A DNA stretch of 64,000 nt from Octopus bimaculoides (taxonomy: Eukaryota), in assembly GCF_001194135.2 (NCBI RefSeq), contig NC_068981.1, positions 158,837,607-158,901,606 of the forward strand. The letters run 5' to 3'. Under the pieces are notes generated by a model, which saw only the letters and a list, made by a program, of their open reading frames with translations, did not search any database and was not told where the DNA came from. Below are positions 1 to 12,649 of this stretch, piece after piece. The position numbers and the translations under genes were made by a program. The number at the start of each line of letters is the position of its first letter. The stretch's first letter is position 1.

Positions 1-189
1 GCAGGTTAATAAGTTACAGATTTAAATTCAAATCCTCTCTTTAACATACTATATATTTCCCCTCTCAAGATATTAGGAAATGGCAAGGGTCTCCATTGTA
101 AAATACCACTACTGTTGCAATGTCTCCATTAAATGAAACTGGCCATCACTTGAAAATATTTGGAAATGTGTATTTTGTGACACTGTCAG

Positions 190-670
190 CTAGCGGAATT
201 CTGCTTTATGCATGCCATATAACCCCTCCTAAATCAAAAAAAAATTTGGGGGGAATTTTCAGAAAATTTTCACAAATTTATGTTCTAAACACAGGAATTC
301 ATACAATTATGAAAAAAAAAATTTGTATGTGATTTAAAGGCTATTTAGCTGTTATTTTTAGCACATCTCATGCCCACCTGATACCTTCCTCATTTCTTTG
401 TCACTCTGACATATTGACGCTTTTCATTATCTTTTCTTCCCATAAACACATACAATGGTATATTGCTGAAATTTGAGCAAAAGATTTGGATTGTCCATAT
501 TTTAAATTGTGATTAAAAAAAAAATTTTGAAAAATCAAAAATAAATTTTTTGTTATAGTAGTGTGAATTCCTGTGTATAGAATACAAATTTGCAAAAAAT
601 TTTTGAAAATTACAAAAAAAAAAAGCTATAAAGTTATATGGCACACGTAAAGCAGAATTCCACCCTTTAA
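190..670. mobile_element. Non-autonomous DNA element (MITE), Kolobok-like, with long TIRs
   Basis: GGAATTCTGCTTTATGCATGCCATATAAC at about 195 is inverted as GTTATATGGCACACGTAAAGCAGAATTCCACCCTTTAA at about 632-670. A related arm lies at 53508-53650. Confidence 0.65.
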
Positions 671-771
671 TCATTGTTAAGTCAATGCAAATTATTTGAA
701 AAATTAAACATTAGAAAAACATTATAAATAGCTATCAAGAAATCTAAAACAAATCTATGATAATTTCTCAC

Positions 772-853
772 CATTGCCATCACTATCATCTTCCTGATCC
801 AAAAGTGGTTGTTCTTCATTATTTTCATACACGATGGCATCATTTTTATGTCT
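772..853 (-). CDS. TMEM104: TMEM104 loop exon (RHKNDAIVYENNEEQPLLDQEDDSDGN)
   Basis: Acceptor TATTCTATTATAG, donor ATG|GTGAGA, 82 nt, phase 0 to 1. Acidic loop with E.PLL, corresponding to human ...NYERAEKRPILS... Confidence 0.75.
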
Positions 854-1598
854 CTATAATAGAATATTGGAAAACGCATTAGTAAATGTATGATCATGCA
901 CTAACCTATTTAGATCATTAGGGTTCTTCTCATCTCTTCATTTTCATGCACTGTATCCATCTACAGACATTAAGATGCAACTGAAATAATTCACCAACAA
1001 TGAATTTTGTCTATAATCAAATATTTAGAGCAGACATTTTCAAATGGTGTGCTGTAAATTTATTAAAAAAAGAAAAAGAAAAACAAAACCACTTAATCCA
1101 TACTAATGCTTAAGCATATTGAAAAATGTGTTATTCTAATTTTGTTCTACTCAAAAATGATCAATGAAATAAAGAAACATTTTTTTTTTGGAAATTTTAA
1201 AAGTAAATAACAGGTTTTTTAAAAAAATTTCCACACTAAATACTGTTAATTGTTTTTATTTCATTTCCATTGTAATGTAAAGTTAAAATGAATTGAGACC
1301 CACTAATTATTCTTTCAAGAGTTAGGATACTTCTTTGAGCATTCGTAATAACAATATCCGTACATATCTTTCTTAATGTAATGTTTTTTTTAAATATTTT
1401 GAGAACTCATATAGGTTTTATTTCTAAGTAATCTATGGACAAATAATCAATTTTTAAACCATAGTTATAGTTTTTTAAGGAAATGCATAATTTTTAACTA
1501 GTGGTATCGTTATGAGAATATCACAATCCTTAATCCTTTTGACACCAACCTGCCTGAAATTGTCTCTGTTTCTATGATAGAAGCTTCTTAGTTTAAAG

Positions 1599-1860
1599 CA
1601 GTAGTTCTTAAATTTTTGAGGGGCACACAGGTCACATTCCGAGTGACCCCCCCTTCCCGCCCCATTTCCTACTCACCGCCACAAACATATAGACCACTTT
1701 CTGCATCAAATTCAAAATATCTGTATTTCACAAATAAAACTTAACCTAGTCAACCCATTATTTTGTTGCTTTTACATCCATTGCCCCCTTTTCTTCAGCA
1801 CTTCCCTGGATCTTTCCACTGCCTCCAGAAGGGCAACCCCACCCACTTTGGGAGCCACTG
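1599..1860. mobile_element. hAT-like MITE
   Basis: Degenerate termini CAGTAGTTCTTAAA ... TTTGGGAGCCACTG; no clear TSD. Confidence 0.45.
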
Positions 1861-1864
1861 CTCT

Positions 1865-2405
1865 GGCAGATGTGCTGGAGCAATAAGCCCCAAGAGCACA
1901 CGATAAATAGATTTTTCTCAAATGCCCAGGAAGATCCATAAATGTAGTAGACAGTTTCTGTTACCTAGGTGACCAAATTAGCAGAGGAAGAGGATGTTCT
2001 GAAAGTATACTAGCTAGAGTAAGAGCAGGGTGGAGAAGTTTTAGGGGGCTGTTATCTTTGTAGGTATCTAAACGTTTCTATCTTGAAGAGTAAGGTAGAC
2101 TATATGATGCTTGTGTATGAACTGCAATGCTACATAGTAGTGAGGCTTGGGGTCTGAATGTAGAAGGTCAGTAAAAACTACAAATAAATGAAATGAGCAT
2201 GCTCTGCTGAATGTGCAATGAGTGTATATGAATGAGGAAGTACAAATAAGTTGATGAAAAAAATGGGTATAAGAGAAATCAAATGTAGTGCTGGAGATAT
2301 GAAAAAAAAAAAAAGCATCTAGTATACTCTGTAAAGTGATTGGCATTAGGAAGAGCATCTTCAGATCCTACTGAACCATCAAACCCATGCCAGTGTGGAA
2401 AATGG
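1865..2405 (+). mobile_element. RTE-clade LINE reverse transcriptase C-terminal remnant
   Basis: Translates with stops to VVDSFCYLGDQISRGRGCSESILARVRAGWRSFRGLL...; same family as 20070-21735. Confidence 0.75.
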
Positions 2406-2929
2406 CCTTAATCACTCTTTTAATCAAATCCTGGTTTATTTCATTCCCAAAGGAAGCAAAAATTAGAGTAAAAATGTCACAAAGTTTTTAGAAAAAAACT
2501 AAAATATTTAGTGCATTTTCCTTTGAAAATTGCAATATAAAACCCACAAAATTACTTGAAGGAAGTTTGATGTAATATATGAAAAAGTGCAGTATAATGT
2601 GATATTTCGATATATAAAATTAAAATAGAATTGTAGTTGTCTGTATTGACATGATATTAGAGTAAAATCTAATTATATTTCTAAGAAGAAAGGCTAGATG
2701 TTTACATAATGAACAAAGATATAAACATAGTAAAATAACAACATAACAGTTATCATTAATCCACAGTGTATTCATAACAATCAGCTCATATCTTGCTAAA
2801 GATGTGTTGCTTTCCAAAGTAAGTGACATAACTCTGCTTGTCTTGGTTTAGAGTCTCTCTAATTTAAATAATGAGTTTTTAATTTTTAAATGGAATCAGC
2901 TATAAAAAATACTTATCATCACTTAACAT

Positions 2930-3640
2930 CTGGTTTGACAGGAGCTGGCCAGCTAGAAGCCTGCATCAGACTCTTGCAACTGTTTTGGCAGGATTTTTAC
3001 AGTTGGATGCCTTTCCTAACACCAACCGCTCAGCTGAATGGACTTAGTGCTTTTTACATGGCACAAGCACAGGCGAGGTTAGTTTTGGCAAGGTTTTTAC
3101 AACTGGATGCCCTTCCAAATGCCAACCACTTTACAGTGGAGACTGGGTGCTTTTAAGTGGTACCTGTACTGACAGGGTCACCAAGTACTTGCAAGACAAA
3201 AAAAAAATCTCTTTTGGGAGGGGAGGGGGCATTGGAGGTGGTGGTCTTGTGTCAGATGATGAAAGATTATAGTGAGATAGATAGACAGAAACAGGTGCAC
3301 TGCCGCAAAGGAAATACATGGTTACCCAACCTGAGGCAAGTGCAGGAGAAGGGGAGAGAGAGTGGGGACAGCAGGATAGAGATGGTGGCAAAGTGCCAGG
3401 CATACTCAAAAGGAATGGGGATCAGAATATAAATGGGATGGTTGAGTAAAGGAAGAGAGAGATATAGATGGTGGTAAGTGCTAGGATATTGTAAGGAATC
3501 GTGATCAGAGAGTGTGGAGAGGATGGCGAAAACCTGGGTATATATAGAGTCAGGTGGGTACTGGATAGCAATGATACAGAGAAACAGGGCCATGAGAACA
3601 GGATTGGGGAGTGAGAGGTAGTCATAGTGTATGAAGGAGG
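2930..3640 (-). repeat. Interspersed repeat including the RTE-type 3' UTR motif; diverged inverted copy at 5340-6150
   Basis: CTGGATGCCCTTCCAAATGCCAACCACTTTACAGT... and the adjoining sequence recur in reverse complement at 5740-5960. Confidence 0.6.
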
Positions 3641-4543
3641 AAATGTGAGGAAGAGATGTAGATTGGTTTCTTGAGGTTGGGTGTGTGCACTAACGTAGCT
3701 AGGTGGCAGGGGCACTTTTGGGTTTGCTGGAGGCAATATGTGTTTTTGTGGGGTCCAGCAGTGGCAAATGGAAGGGCCACCCCAGGCAGCACACACACTC
3801 TAGCTATGCTAGTGGGTGTGTGAAAAGTTTTCTTGTTACATGTGGGTGGAACACACAGGTCAGGGGCTAGTAGATATCAATGATACAGTGAAACAGGGTG
3901 TGTGGGTGGAACATACAGATCAGGAGCTAGCAGAGAGCAATGATACAGTGGGACAGGGCCAAGAGGATTGGGGAGTGGGTAGTTTGATTTGTTGGGGTAG
4001 AATGTGTGAGATGTTTTCTTGTTGAGTGTGGGTGAGACACACAGCACTTCTAAAACTCAGTTTCGCTGATGTGGGTAGGTCTTCAAAAGAACCTCATATC
4101 GCCAGACATCTCGGTCTATTGTCATTTTCTCCGTGAGGCCCAACATCCTGAAATCAAATAATGCTAATTATGTTTTCTTATACATAATGAAACTACTTGT
4201 TTATTGTGTGATGTATTACAGATATATTAACACACAAGGCCCAATCAACCTATTTGCTGGTTGATTTAGGCCTTGTATGGTGAAGATGGTAAAAATGGTA
4301 AAAATAGTAAAACCTAACTTAGGAGGCTAAATAGAGACACCCCCCCCCCAAAAAGATATGGGTCAAGATTGAAATATTGTGTTAGGTACCCAAAAACCAG
4401 CAAGAGAACTTATACTCTCATAGTATTGGTCATTGTAGAAGTGAAGAGGAGGGGGTAAATTTTTAAATGAAGAAGTGACCAAATGATTATGCTGTTGGAG
4501 AAATATTTACTGAAAATATATAAATATATATATTTTTATAGTT

Positions 4544-4768
4544 ATTTTGAATAAGGATGGTGAGTTGGCAGAATCATTAGCATGCTGGGGAAACATGCTT
4601 AGTGATATTTCATCTATCTTTATGTTCTGAGTTCAAATTTAGCTGGGGTTAATTTTGCCTTTCATCCCCTCGGGGCCAATAAAATAAGTACCAATTGAGC
4701 ACTGGGGTTGATGTAATCGACTCACCCACTCTCCTGAACTTGCTGGCCTTGTGCCAAAATTAGAAACA
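4544..4768 (+). mobile_element. tRNA-derived SINE (family with a GCCTTTCATCCTTTCGGGGTCGATAAAATAAGTACCAG core)
   Basis: A-box-like GAGTTGGCAGAATC, B-box-like GAGTTCAAAT, central core. Further copies near 12040-12190, 21870-21970, 34070-34230 and 50680-50870. Confidence 0.75.
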
Positions 4769-5339
4769 GTTACAGTTACTCTACATCTTATGATGATCAA
4801 CTGTTGTATGAGGAAAAAAATACTGTTTATTTATTTAAAAATAAAAAAAAAATTTAGGTGTTGTACATATTTCTAGTCATTAATTTTCCATTTTGTTTTG
4901 ATTTTGTTTGTCAAGGGATAGATTTGAAATTAAACTCTTCTGGGATTTCAAAGGTTAGAAAATATGGCTGTTTCTGGCTGTTATTTGATACATAAAAAAA
5001 TAAATGACAAAAAGAAAAAAAAGAATTATCAGTGGAACTGATTATTTTACTTATGAATACTGAATAAAAATAAATGTGGGGTAGACTATGGGGTTAAAGT
5101 ACAATAAAAAACCTGATTGCAAGTTGTATAATGAATCTGAAGGTGAAATGAAGGAAATTAGTGGGATAACAATAATGAGGATAAAGTGAAAATGTAAAAT
5201 AACAAGGAGGACAACAACAAAATTAGTCACTGTTGAAAACTGATGAATGATTTATAGCAACAATAACTGGAATATTTTGTATATAGCACTCTGATCTAAG
5301 TTATATTGATTAAGACAATACAGTAGATTTGTTTCATCC

Positions 5340-6150
5340 CATCTATACCCTGATACCCATTCCTTGCGAGTATACCCTGGCACTAGCTGCCATCCCTCTC
5401 CCACTCTTGCTGTCTTCTACTTTCTCTCTTTCTTTCACTTGTTCTTCCCTTTGACTGAGTAATCATGTATCTCCTCTAGAGCAACAAACCTGTTTCTGCC
5501 CACATTCTTGATCACCCTCTCACCTTCCTTTTCTTGCTCTTACCTATGGTTAGGTAACCATGTATCTCCTTTACAGCAGTACACTTCTTTCTTGTTAAGT
5601 CTCCCTGTCTCTGGGTAACCATGTCTCTACTCTTCAGCAGCACACCTGTTTCAGCCCTCATTCTTAACTCTCGCTCTCTTTCTCTCACTCTCTTCCTCGC
5701 TCTTTCCCTCTCTCTGGCTGAGTAAGCATGTACCCTTCTACAGCAAGACATCTGTTTCTGTCTCTCTGTCATACTCCAACCTTTCATCATTTGACACAAG
5801 ATCGCTTCCTCCAATGCTCCCTCCCATTTCAAAGATTCCGCATCTTACAAAGTTACTTGGTGACCCCATCAGTGCAGGTGCCACTTAAAAAGCACCCAGT
5901 TCACACTGTAAAGTGGTTGGCAATTGGAAGGGCATCCAGCTGTAAAAACCCTGCCAAAACTGACCTTGCTTGTGTGAGTGCCATGTAAAAAGCACTCAGC
6001 CCACTCTATGAAGTGGTTGGTGTTAGGAAAGGCATCGAGCCATAAAAACCATGCCAAAACAGACACAGAAACATGGTGCAGGCTTGCCTTGCCAGCTCCT
6101 GTCAAACTGTCCAATCCATGCCATCATGGAAGGAGGACGTCAAATGAGTT
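5340..6150 (+). repeat. Same interspersed repeat family as 2930-3640, opposite orientation
   Basis: GTGGTTGGCAATTGGAAGGGCATCCAGCTGTAAAAAC motif occurs twice, then CCAATCCATGCCATCATGGAAG. Confidence 0.6.
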
Positions 6151-6159
6151 CACTGCTTT

Positions 6160-6700
6160 CCACCACATCCTCTTTATTGTTCCTGTTCATTGACAGTCAC
6201 ATTGCGAAGCAGTACACCCCCATCCTGGAGTAAATAATCCATCAATACTACCACCAGTATGCAGGCATGATGACCACATGGAAAGCAAAAATGTCTTCAG
6301 GCTTGCACTGCATACAAGTTCTCTCAACTTTCTCAAGTGTAATTAGGTTTTCTGTTCCTTTGTTGAGAGGAACTCAACAAACTTCAAACTTTGGAGACTA
6401 TCTAACTCTATTCAACAAGGATGACTCTGTAAGAAGTACCCCTGTTTATGAAGTCATTACATTTTTTGTCTGCTTTGTTTCAGATTCCACTCTGTGCAAA
6501 CATGCTAGAAATCCTCCAAAATTCATTGCCTAGTAAAGTCTGTAAGCTTTGCCACCTAGCATGTATGTATAATCACCAAGTGTAAAAACCTCTCTTGTCA
6601 CTTCAACTTCACAAAATAACCAGTCTTGTTCCCAAATAGTTTTTACTCATAAGCCAAAACTTATTTTCATCAATATTTTCAACATTCCGTTCTTAACATG
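6160..6700 (-). mobile_element. Decayed RTE/BovB-like LINE fragment
   Basis: Minus-strand remnants resemble WNLKQ..K..V...GVLLT.... of the RTE RT thumb; heavily mutated. Confidence 0.4.
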
Positions 6701-6829
6701 CATGCATGCATGCATGCGTGTACACACACACACACACGTAGTTTCTTGATCTAAGAAAGACAGTTCCACAATTTCTTGCAGAACAACTTGCACAGATGAT
6801 CTGTTAGTAGTGATCAAATGTTTGTGCTA

Positions 6830-7030
6830 CACATAAGCTCACCCCCTCTATCAAATCAATATTGCCTGTGCAGGTGTACAGTGTGCAACATGTTAGGTAT
6901 TGAAGTGATCACAGAGCAATATGAGATGCGTTTTGCTCAAGAACACAAGGCACTACCTGGTCCAGGAATCAAACCCACAATCTTGGAATCATGAATGCAA
7001 CACTCTAACCATTAGGTCATGCATCCCAAG
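6830..7030 (-). mobile_element. tRNA-derived SINE fragment
   Basis: Reverse complement gives a tRNA-like head (..CCTAATGGTTAGAGTG..GGTTTGATTCCTGGACC) followed by GTGTTCTTGAGCAAAAC. Confidence 0.55.
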
Positions 7031-7229
7031 GTGTATGTGCATATGCATGCATACATACATATAAACATAACCCACCCCTAATCTATAGAAATCCATGGCA
7101 GGGTGTTCCAGACACCCTTCCCTGAAGGCAAACTCTCAGATACTTCCAGCATCTTAAAAGTGATCAAGGCAGTTATAAGTTAATATTTTTAAAACTGTGT
7201 TTCTCTTTCTCTTACACATCTCGCAGAGC

Positions 7230-8150
7230 TCCAGTATTTGAGCTAACACATCAGTCTTTCATCTTTGAGAATGATATTGAAAGTATTTTTAAACCTTCAA
7301 CCATGTCTAGCATGTATTGACAGAAATGCTGTGAGCACCACCTATCTCTTAAATTGGAAGTTTTTTTTTCAAATGCTCCATCACAATCTATCAATTCTAA
7401 TGTGGCTCAGAACTCAGTTATGTTCTCATTCTCTTTCTTCTATGCATTATTAACCTACATGTTGCAACTTCTAACTTAATACATTCTCACACAGATGGTA
7501 CCATCTGACACTCAATGATAATCTTTCATATCCAAACAACAACATAGAACCTAGACATCTCACATCATATTACATTATTCCCAGGAACAAAATTATTGAA
7601 AACATCTTCCAAAGAGAATACATCAACCAGATCTCTTTTAACATTATGCCCTCTCTTCTAATGAACAACTCAGTAAAACCTTCCCAAACTATGTAAATGC
7701 CAGGCATCTCAATATCAGGTCTTTCACTTTGATAAAACTGCATTCTCTGTGAAGTTAGATATTCTGTTTAAAGTTAGACAAGCTCTGAATAAGTTCTGAA
7801 CCTATAAAAGGTAGATATACATTGACAACATGTACAAAACAGCTGCAAAACACAAACATTCCAGGTTTCAAATGAAAATATGCCGCTTATTGGCAAGTTT
7901 TCACTCACAGATGGAATAAGTATACCAATGTGTTATGCACGCTATCCCTGTTCTATACTATAGTCACAATAGTCAACTGTGTACTATCTCCATCTGAAAC
8001 AACCTAATTCAATGATCTTGCTACTTCTTGCAATCTCTACTACCTTATATCCCATATTTTCACATCAAACCTTTATTCCCACTATTGTGATCTGCATCCA
8101 TGTTTTCTTACAGGCATGACATTAAAGATCATTTGCATCAGCATTTAGTG
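7230..8150 (+). mobile_element. Highly decayed CR1/L2/Jockey-like LINE 3' part
   Basis: Remnant SINSNVAQNSV resembles the INSGVPQGSV RT motif; many stops. Confidence 0.4.
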
Positions 8151-10319
8151 GAGCATGAAGAGGTTATAGGTAGCAACGCTCTTCCTTGAATTAAACTGTA
8201 AAAATTGAGACAAGCAATTCATAGGATAAATTCTTCCACAAGAAAAATAAACCAATTTCAGAGTGCTTGTATACTTATATATCAATTCAGTTTACAGCAC
8301 AACAACAACAACAACAGCATATCGATTCACAGTACATCTATGGATTTTTTTTTAGCCAATATTGTATGTTATGACAAATGTAGACAATATACACAATATC
8401 TTTCTTGACAGAAAAACAAGGAACCTGTTTCAAACATGTCATGCTTCAATCCTGTGTTGGGATTTCATCAACTGCAAACCTTCTTTCATTGCACATGAAC
8501 ATACTGATTGTGAACTCACTGATCTCATTAGCTTAACTAAACTGGACGGACCACTTTGCATATATAACATTTTCTTAACAGTCAGTTCTAATAGTGGTCT
8601 ATTATCAGTGTTTTATTTCATTGCTACAATGTATTAAAGAATATATCTATACATTTTTTTAGCCATTACTGTATATAACAATGAATGTAAACAATATATC
8701 TATAGCATGATATTTTTGTCAACAGTAAAACATTGAACAGCTGGGATTTCATAAGCAATGTTGGTTTGTGATTCCCAGTTGCTGAGGAAATCAGTAATAG
8801 AGTACAATGACACAATAAGAATACTAGTCTACTAACTTACTTCCCAGTACAACAATATACCAGTGTACCAATTCCCTTCACAATTCATTTAAGGCAGTAT
8901 ACCAATTCTGTTTCCAATACAATAAATATACCAGTATACTAAAATACTTGACAATATTTTACCAGTATATCAACCCATTGGTTAAAAGGTCAATGGTTTG
9001 TGTCTCTGACACAAGTTCATTTAGCTTTTCATTCTGTGGAAGCACAATTCACTGCTAAAGAAAGCAAGTGTAGTGCAATATTCGTTTCTTTCAGGTTGAA
9101 TTATTTCTGGAAAGGAAAGAAGTGCAAAGTTCTCTTCATTCAACAGCATTGCAAGTAAAGAAAAGTATGTTAAATTTTATAGTATTGCCATTGCATACAG
9201 TGTATAACAGCTGAGAATCAGTGATTAATAATTTGTCACTACCACCAAGTTATGTATGAGGCAGACACAACTCTTCATATAAGTTCATTGAAGTGTAAAT
9301 AGTAGGTACTACAGTCTGGTGTACTTTACGGATTGCTGTAAACAGTAACTGCACTATGTCACATGGGTGATTGAATTTGTTACAGAATTCAACCTTTCTA
9401 ATAAGAAAAGTTGCTTTTAATAGACTGACATCTCAACCAAGACAAGATTTCTTGTTCATCTATTTAATAGCATGGGAACTAGAGATAAACACTAGCCAAG
9501 TTTTGTTTAATAACAGTAGGCCAACCCTCAATATGGTCTATGGTCAAAAGCATTCCAGCCATGACCATACAGTCTTTTTATTAGACATTATGTATCTAGA
9601 ATTCCTTTAACTAGTATCTTTCCCTTTTTCTTATGAAAATAGGGTGTGATTTGAGGGAGGTTTGACAGTTTTTTTCTAGCAGGTCAAGTAGCTTTCTTGT
9701 TGGCTCAAGCACTGGCCTTATAGGCTGGAGAGGGTAATGAAACAACAAACAGACTTCTAAATTGTTAAATTAAAATGAAACAAAGTGGAACTTTTAAAAA
9801 TGTGTTTTCTTATACATCTTTGACACATTTTCCTTCTAATTAAGCAGAAACTGTAGTGTTTTGTAAGAGAGATAACAGTTTATCTATTTGATTGCTACAA
9901 TGTACTAATTTAAACACAGATAAATGATAAATAGTAATGGAATATGATATCTTGTAAAGATGAGAGCATCTAGATTTATCAAGGAGAAACAATGGGAAGT
10001 AGTTACATTCAAGCCCTTTTTTCAAGAAAAGAAGTGACATAAATGAAATAATCCCAGTTAGGAAGAGAAACTTGTTTGTGGCTGCTCAGTAAACTGATGA
10101 TCTACAGCCATATCCCAAATGAAACAAGCAGTGACATATCATAAGCCCTTTCTAATTAAATAAGATTGGTAACTATTAAGGAAGATGAGTAGTTTTCCTT
10201 ATTACATAAACTCTGTTTCAAACAACTGGAAGATTGTTAGTTTAATAAGTAAAGCAAGAAAAATATAAATTAATCCAGCAGACTGGTAAGCATATTAGGG
10301 AGACAAGAAAATCACTTAC

Positions 10320-10370
10320 AATTGGTCTCCAACCAAGAAAAGTATGTCGTCGAGCAAATATCGTACGGAT
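10320..10370 (-). CDS. TMEM104: Probable TMEM104 exon in the variable loop (IRTIFARRHTFLGWRPI), possibly a cassette exon
   Basis: Acceptor AATTTTTAAG, strong donor TT|GTAAGT, 51 nt, open in phase 0 to 0, which fits between the flanking exons; CpG-rich island in an AT-rich intron. No recognisable homology. Confidence 0.55.
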
Positions 10371-10780
10371 CTTAAAAATTCAAATGATTCACTATTATGC
10401 ATTCTTAGTGTTAACTATAGATCTATAAGTGACCAATGTTTTTTTGTAAAAAAGTCAAATAGAAAAAGAAATTAGAATAAGAAAATAACTAGACAAGGAA
10501 TTGAAATTAAATGTTAGCATTCATCATTGCTAATGATTTTATTGAACTTATAAAAGCATACCCTGTAAATGGTGGGTATGTTTTTGAAGGACATATCTCA
10601 TTTGGCTAAAATTAACTTTAGCTAATACTTGCTTCTTTTTGAAATAAAAAAAAAATCTACATTTCTGGATACATAAGTACCCTGAGATATAATAGTAATC
10701 CTATTCTATATTTAAGAGATGAGGAATTATGTACATTATTTACATTTGACGGGTATTTGTCCTCATCTTGTTTGTTGTTA

Positions 10781-10825
10781 ACACAACGTTTCGGCTGATA
10801 TACCCTCCAACATTCATCAGGTGTC
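10781..10825 (-). ncRNA. Minimal type I hammerhead ribozyme motif (left arm)
   Basis: Reverse complement GACAC-CTGATGA-ATGTTGGAGGGTATATCAGCC-GAAAC-GTT-GTGTT. Palindromic AACGTT stem III is intact; stem II has mismatches. Confidence 0.7.
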
Positions 10826-11095
10826 TTGAAGGAAATTTCGAATCTGGGTTCTCATTCCTAAGGTATTTTTTGATATTATTACTATTATTATCATTATTAT
10901 TATTATTCAGGTCACTGCCTGGAATCGAACTTAGAATCTTGGGGTTAGTAGCCCACGCTCTTAACCACTACGCCATATGCCTGTGGGCATATGGCATAGT
11001 GGTTAAGAGTTCGATTCCAGGCAGTGACCTGAATAATAATAATAACATCGAAAAATACCTTAGGAACGAGAACCCAGGCTTGAAATTTCCCCCAA

Positions 11096-11141
11096 GACAC
11101 CTGATGAAGGCTGGAGGGTATATCAGCCGAAACATTGTGTT
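11096..11141 (+). ncRNA. Minimal type I hammerhead ribozyme motif (right arm)
   Basis: GACAC-CTGATGA-A-GGCTG[GAGGGTATAT]CAGCC-GAAAC-ATT-GTGTT. Stem I, core and stem II are intact; the GTT triplet has changed to ATT. Confidence 0.7.
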
Positions 11142-11339
11142 AACAACAAACAAGATCAGGACAAATATCCATCAAATGTAAATAATGTAAATAGTAATCC
11201 TATTTCTGATTCAATGAAAAGAAATATATTAGCACAAAACTGGTAAGACCCGAAACTCAAACAATTTCATGGAACATTTCTTAAAAATTAATCGTAGTCA
11301 ATTTTTTAACTCGGCAGACATGCAAAAATATCTATTCTA

Positions 11340-11960
11340 TATGCTCTCTATGCATGGCCTCACATTTATATAGAAACAATGGGAAGATTTGCAAAGGCAA
11401 GAGAGAAACACACATGTATGATAAGACAGCAGTAGGGTATTAATGCTATTAGTTAATGTATGCAAGGGAGGTTGCTGCACTTGGAAGAACATGAGAGAAA
11501 CAGCATTGTATGATATCACCAAAAGGTATCCATAGAGAATGATAAAAAAAAAGGCATTGGAAGAAGTGATGAAGCCTGATCAGGATGCTGAATCTTTCAA
11601 ACAAAATAATAAAGGACCAAAGCCACACAGGTAACTCTTCCATCATGAAAGGATCAGGTAATGTGCATGGGGAAATTAATGTAAGCATGGAAAAAAATGA
11701 AGGTACATATTATATAAAAAAAAACAAAGGAATATCAAGACAAATTTAAGCTTCATATAGAAAATTATGACATGTCAATAATAATGATAATAATAAGCTC
11801 CTACGGAAAGTTTGTCTCGTAGGGACAGCAAGGATTATCAGGAGGATTCTAACCACTTGAAAGAGAGCTGAAAACTTGTGGATACCTAAGGTTACATGTA
11901 GTAACTCGCTACTCACATAAATCCTACCAGGAATAAGACTGAACCTGAGCCAAACCAAAA
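11340..11960 (+). mobile_element. Decayed RLE-type (R4/Dong-like) LINE 3' end
   Basis: Terminal LVGTARIIRRILTT* resembles the ..LLGTA.ILRKVL C-terminus. Confidence 0.5.
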
Positions 11961-12567
11961 TAATAATAACTAGCTGGACCTGTGAAAAATTCATGGAAAA
12001 CATTAAAAAATGTAAGCATCTGTAAACAGTGTACTGGTGCCATGAGAAATGTTTGCGTATTATGACCGTCTGTCTTTACGTTCTGAGTTCAAATTCTGCC
12101 AAGGTTGACTTCACCTTTCGTCCTTTTGGGGGTCGATAAATTAAGTTGTGTACTGTCCCCCTCTCCACAAAAATTTCAGGGCTAGAAAAGTATATTGTGA
12201 CAGTCACAGAATATAGAAAGTAATCTAATACCAATGGCTATATAATCCAACCAAAATATCTCAGTTATACAAACATAAGCGGAATTACTATTTAACCTTA
12301 AAATACATCATACATATTCAAAGAACCTTCTTGGTTTAGTGGTATGGAATGTTTTTCTGGTGTTCTTTCATTCTTTTATTTGTTTCAGTCACTTGACGGT
12401 GGCCATGCTGAAGCACCATCCTTTAGTCGAAGAAATTGACCCCTGGACTTATCCCCTGTAAGCCTGGTGCTTATTCTATCGGTCTCCTCAGCTGAACAGC
12501 TAAATTACAGGGATGCAAATATACTAACATCGGTTGTCAAGCAATGGTAGTGGTGGGACAGACACAA

Positions 12568-12599
<32 letters not shown>

Positions 12600-12649
12600 G
12601 ACAGGCTTGGAGGTAGTGGTGATGCTGGCTGGTGCAATTTTGTGGTTTG

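Larger units (their letters stand above)
10706..11189. mobile_element. Palindromic head-to-head dimer of a tRNA-headed, Penelope-like-tailed short retroelement with a 15-bp TSD
   Basis: Arms 10732-10981 and 10986-11189 are reverse complements around TGTG. AATAGTAATCCTATT is duplicated at 10691-10705 and 11190-11204. Each arm consists of a tRNA-like head, (TAA)n, and a hammerhead motif. Confidence 0.85.

Noticed and set aside
9095-9154. Plus-strand micro-exon candidates (also 35397-35432 and about 36763-36791)
   Set aside because: AG/GT-bounded short frames occur by chance at this density. They are antisense to TMEM104 and form no recognisable protein.
9000-9410. Minus-strand candidate exons (KVEFCNKFNHPC..., EIIQPERNEY...)
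   Set aside because: They run into stops and do not match the TMEM104 loop or phases; the 853-772 exon is the better continuation.
10908-10981. tRNA gene with an ACT (Ser) anticodon-like loop
   Set aside because: It is the head of the palindromic retroelement; the acceptor stem is poor and the mirror copy has lost the anticodon arm.
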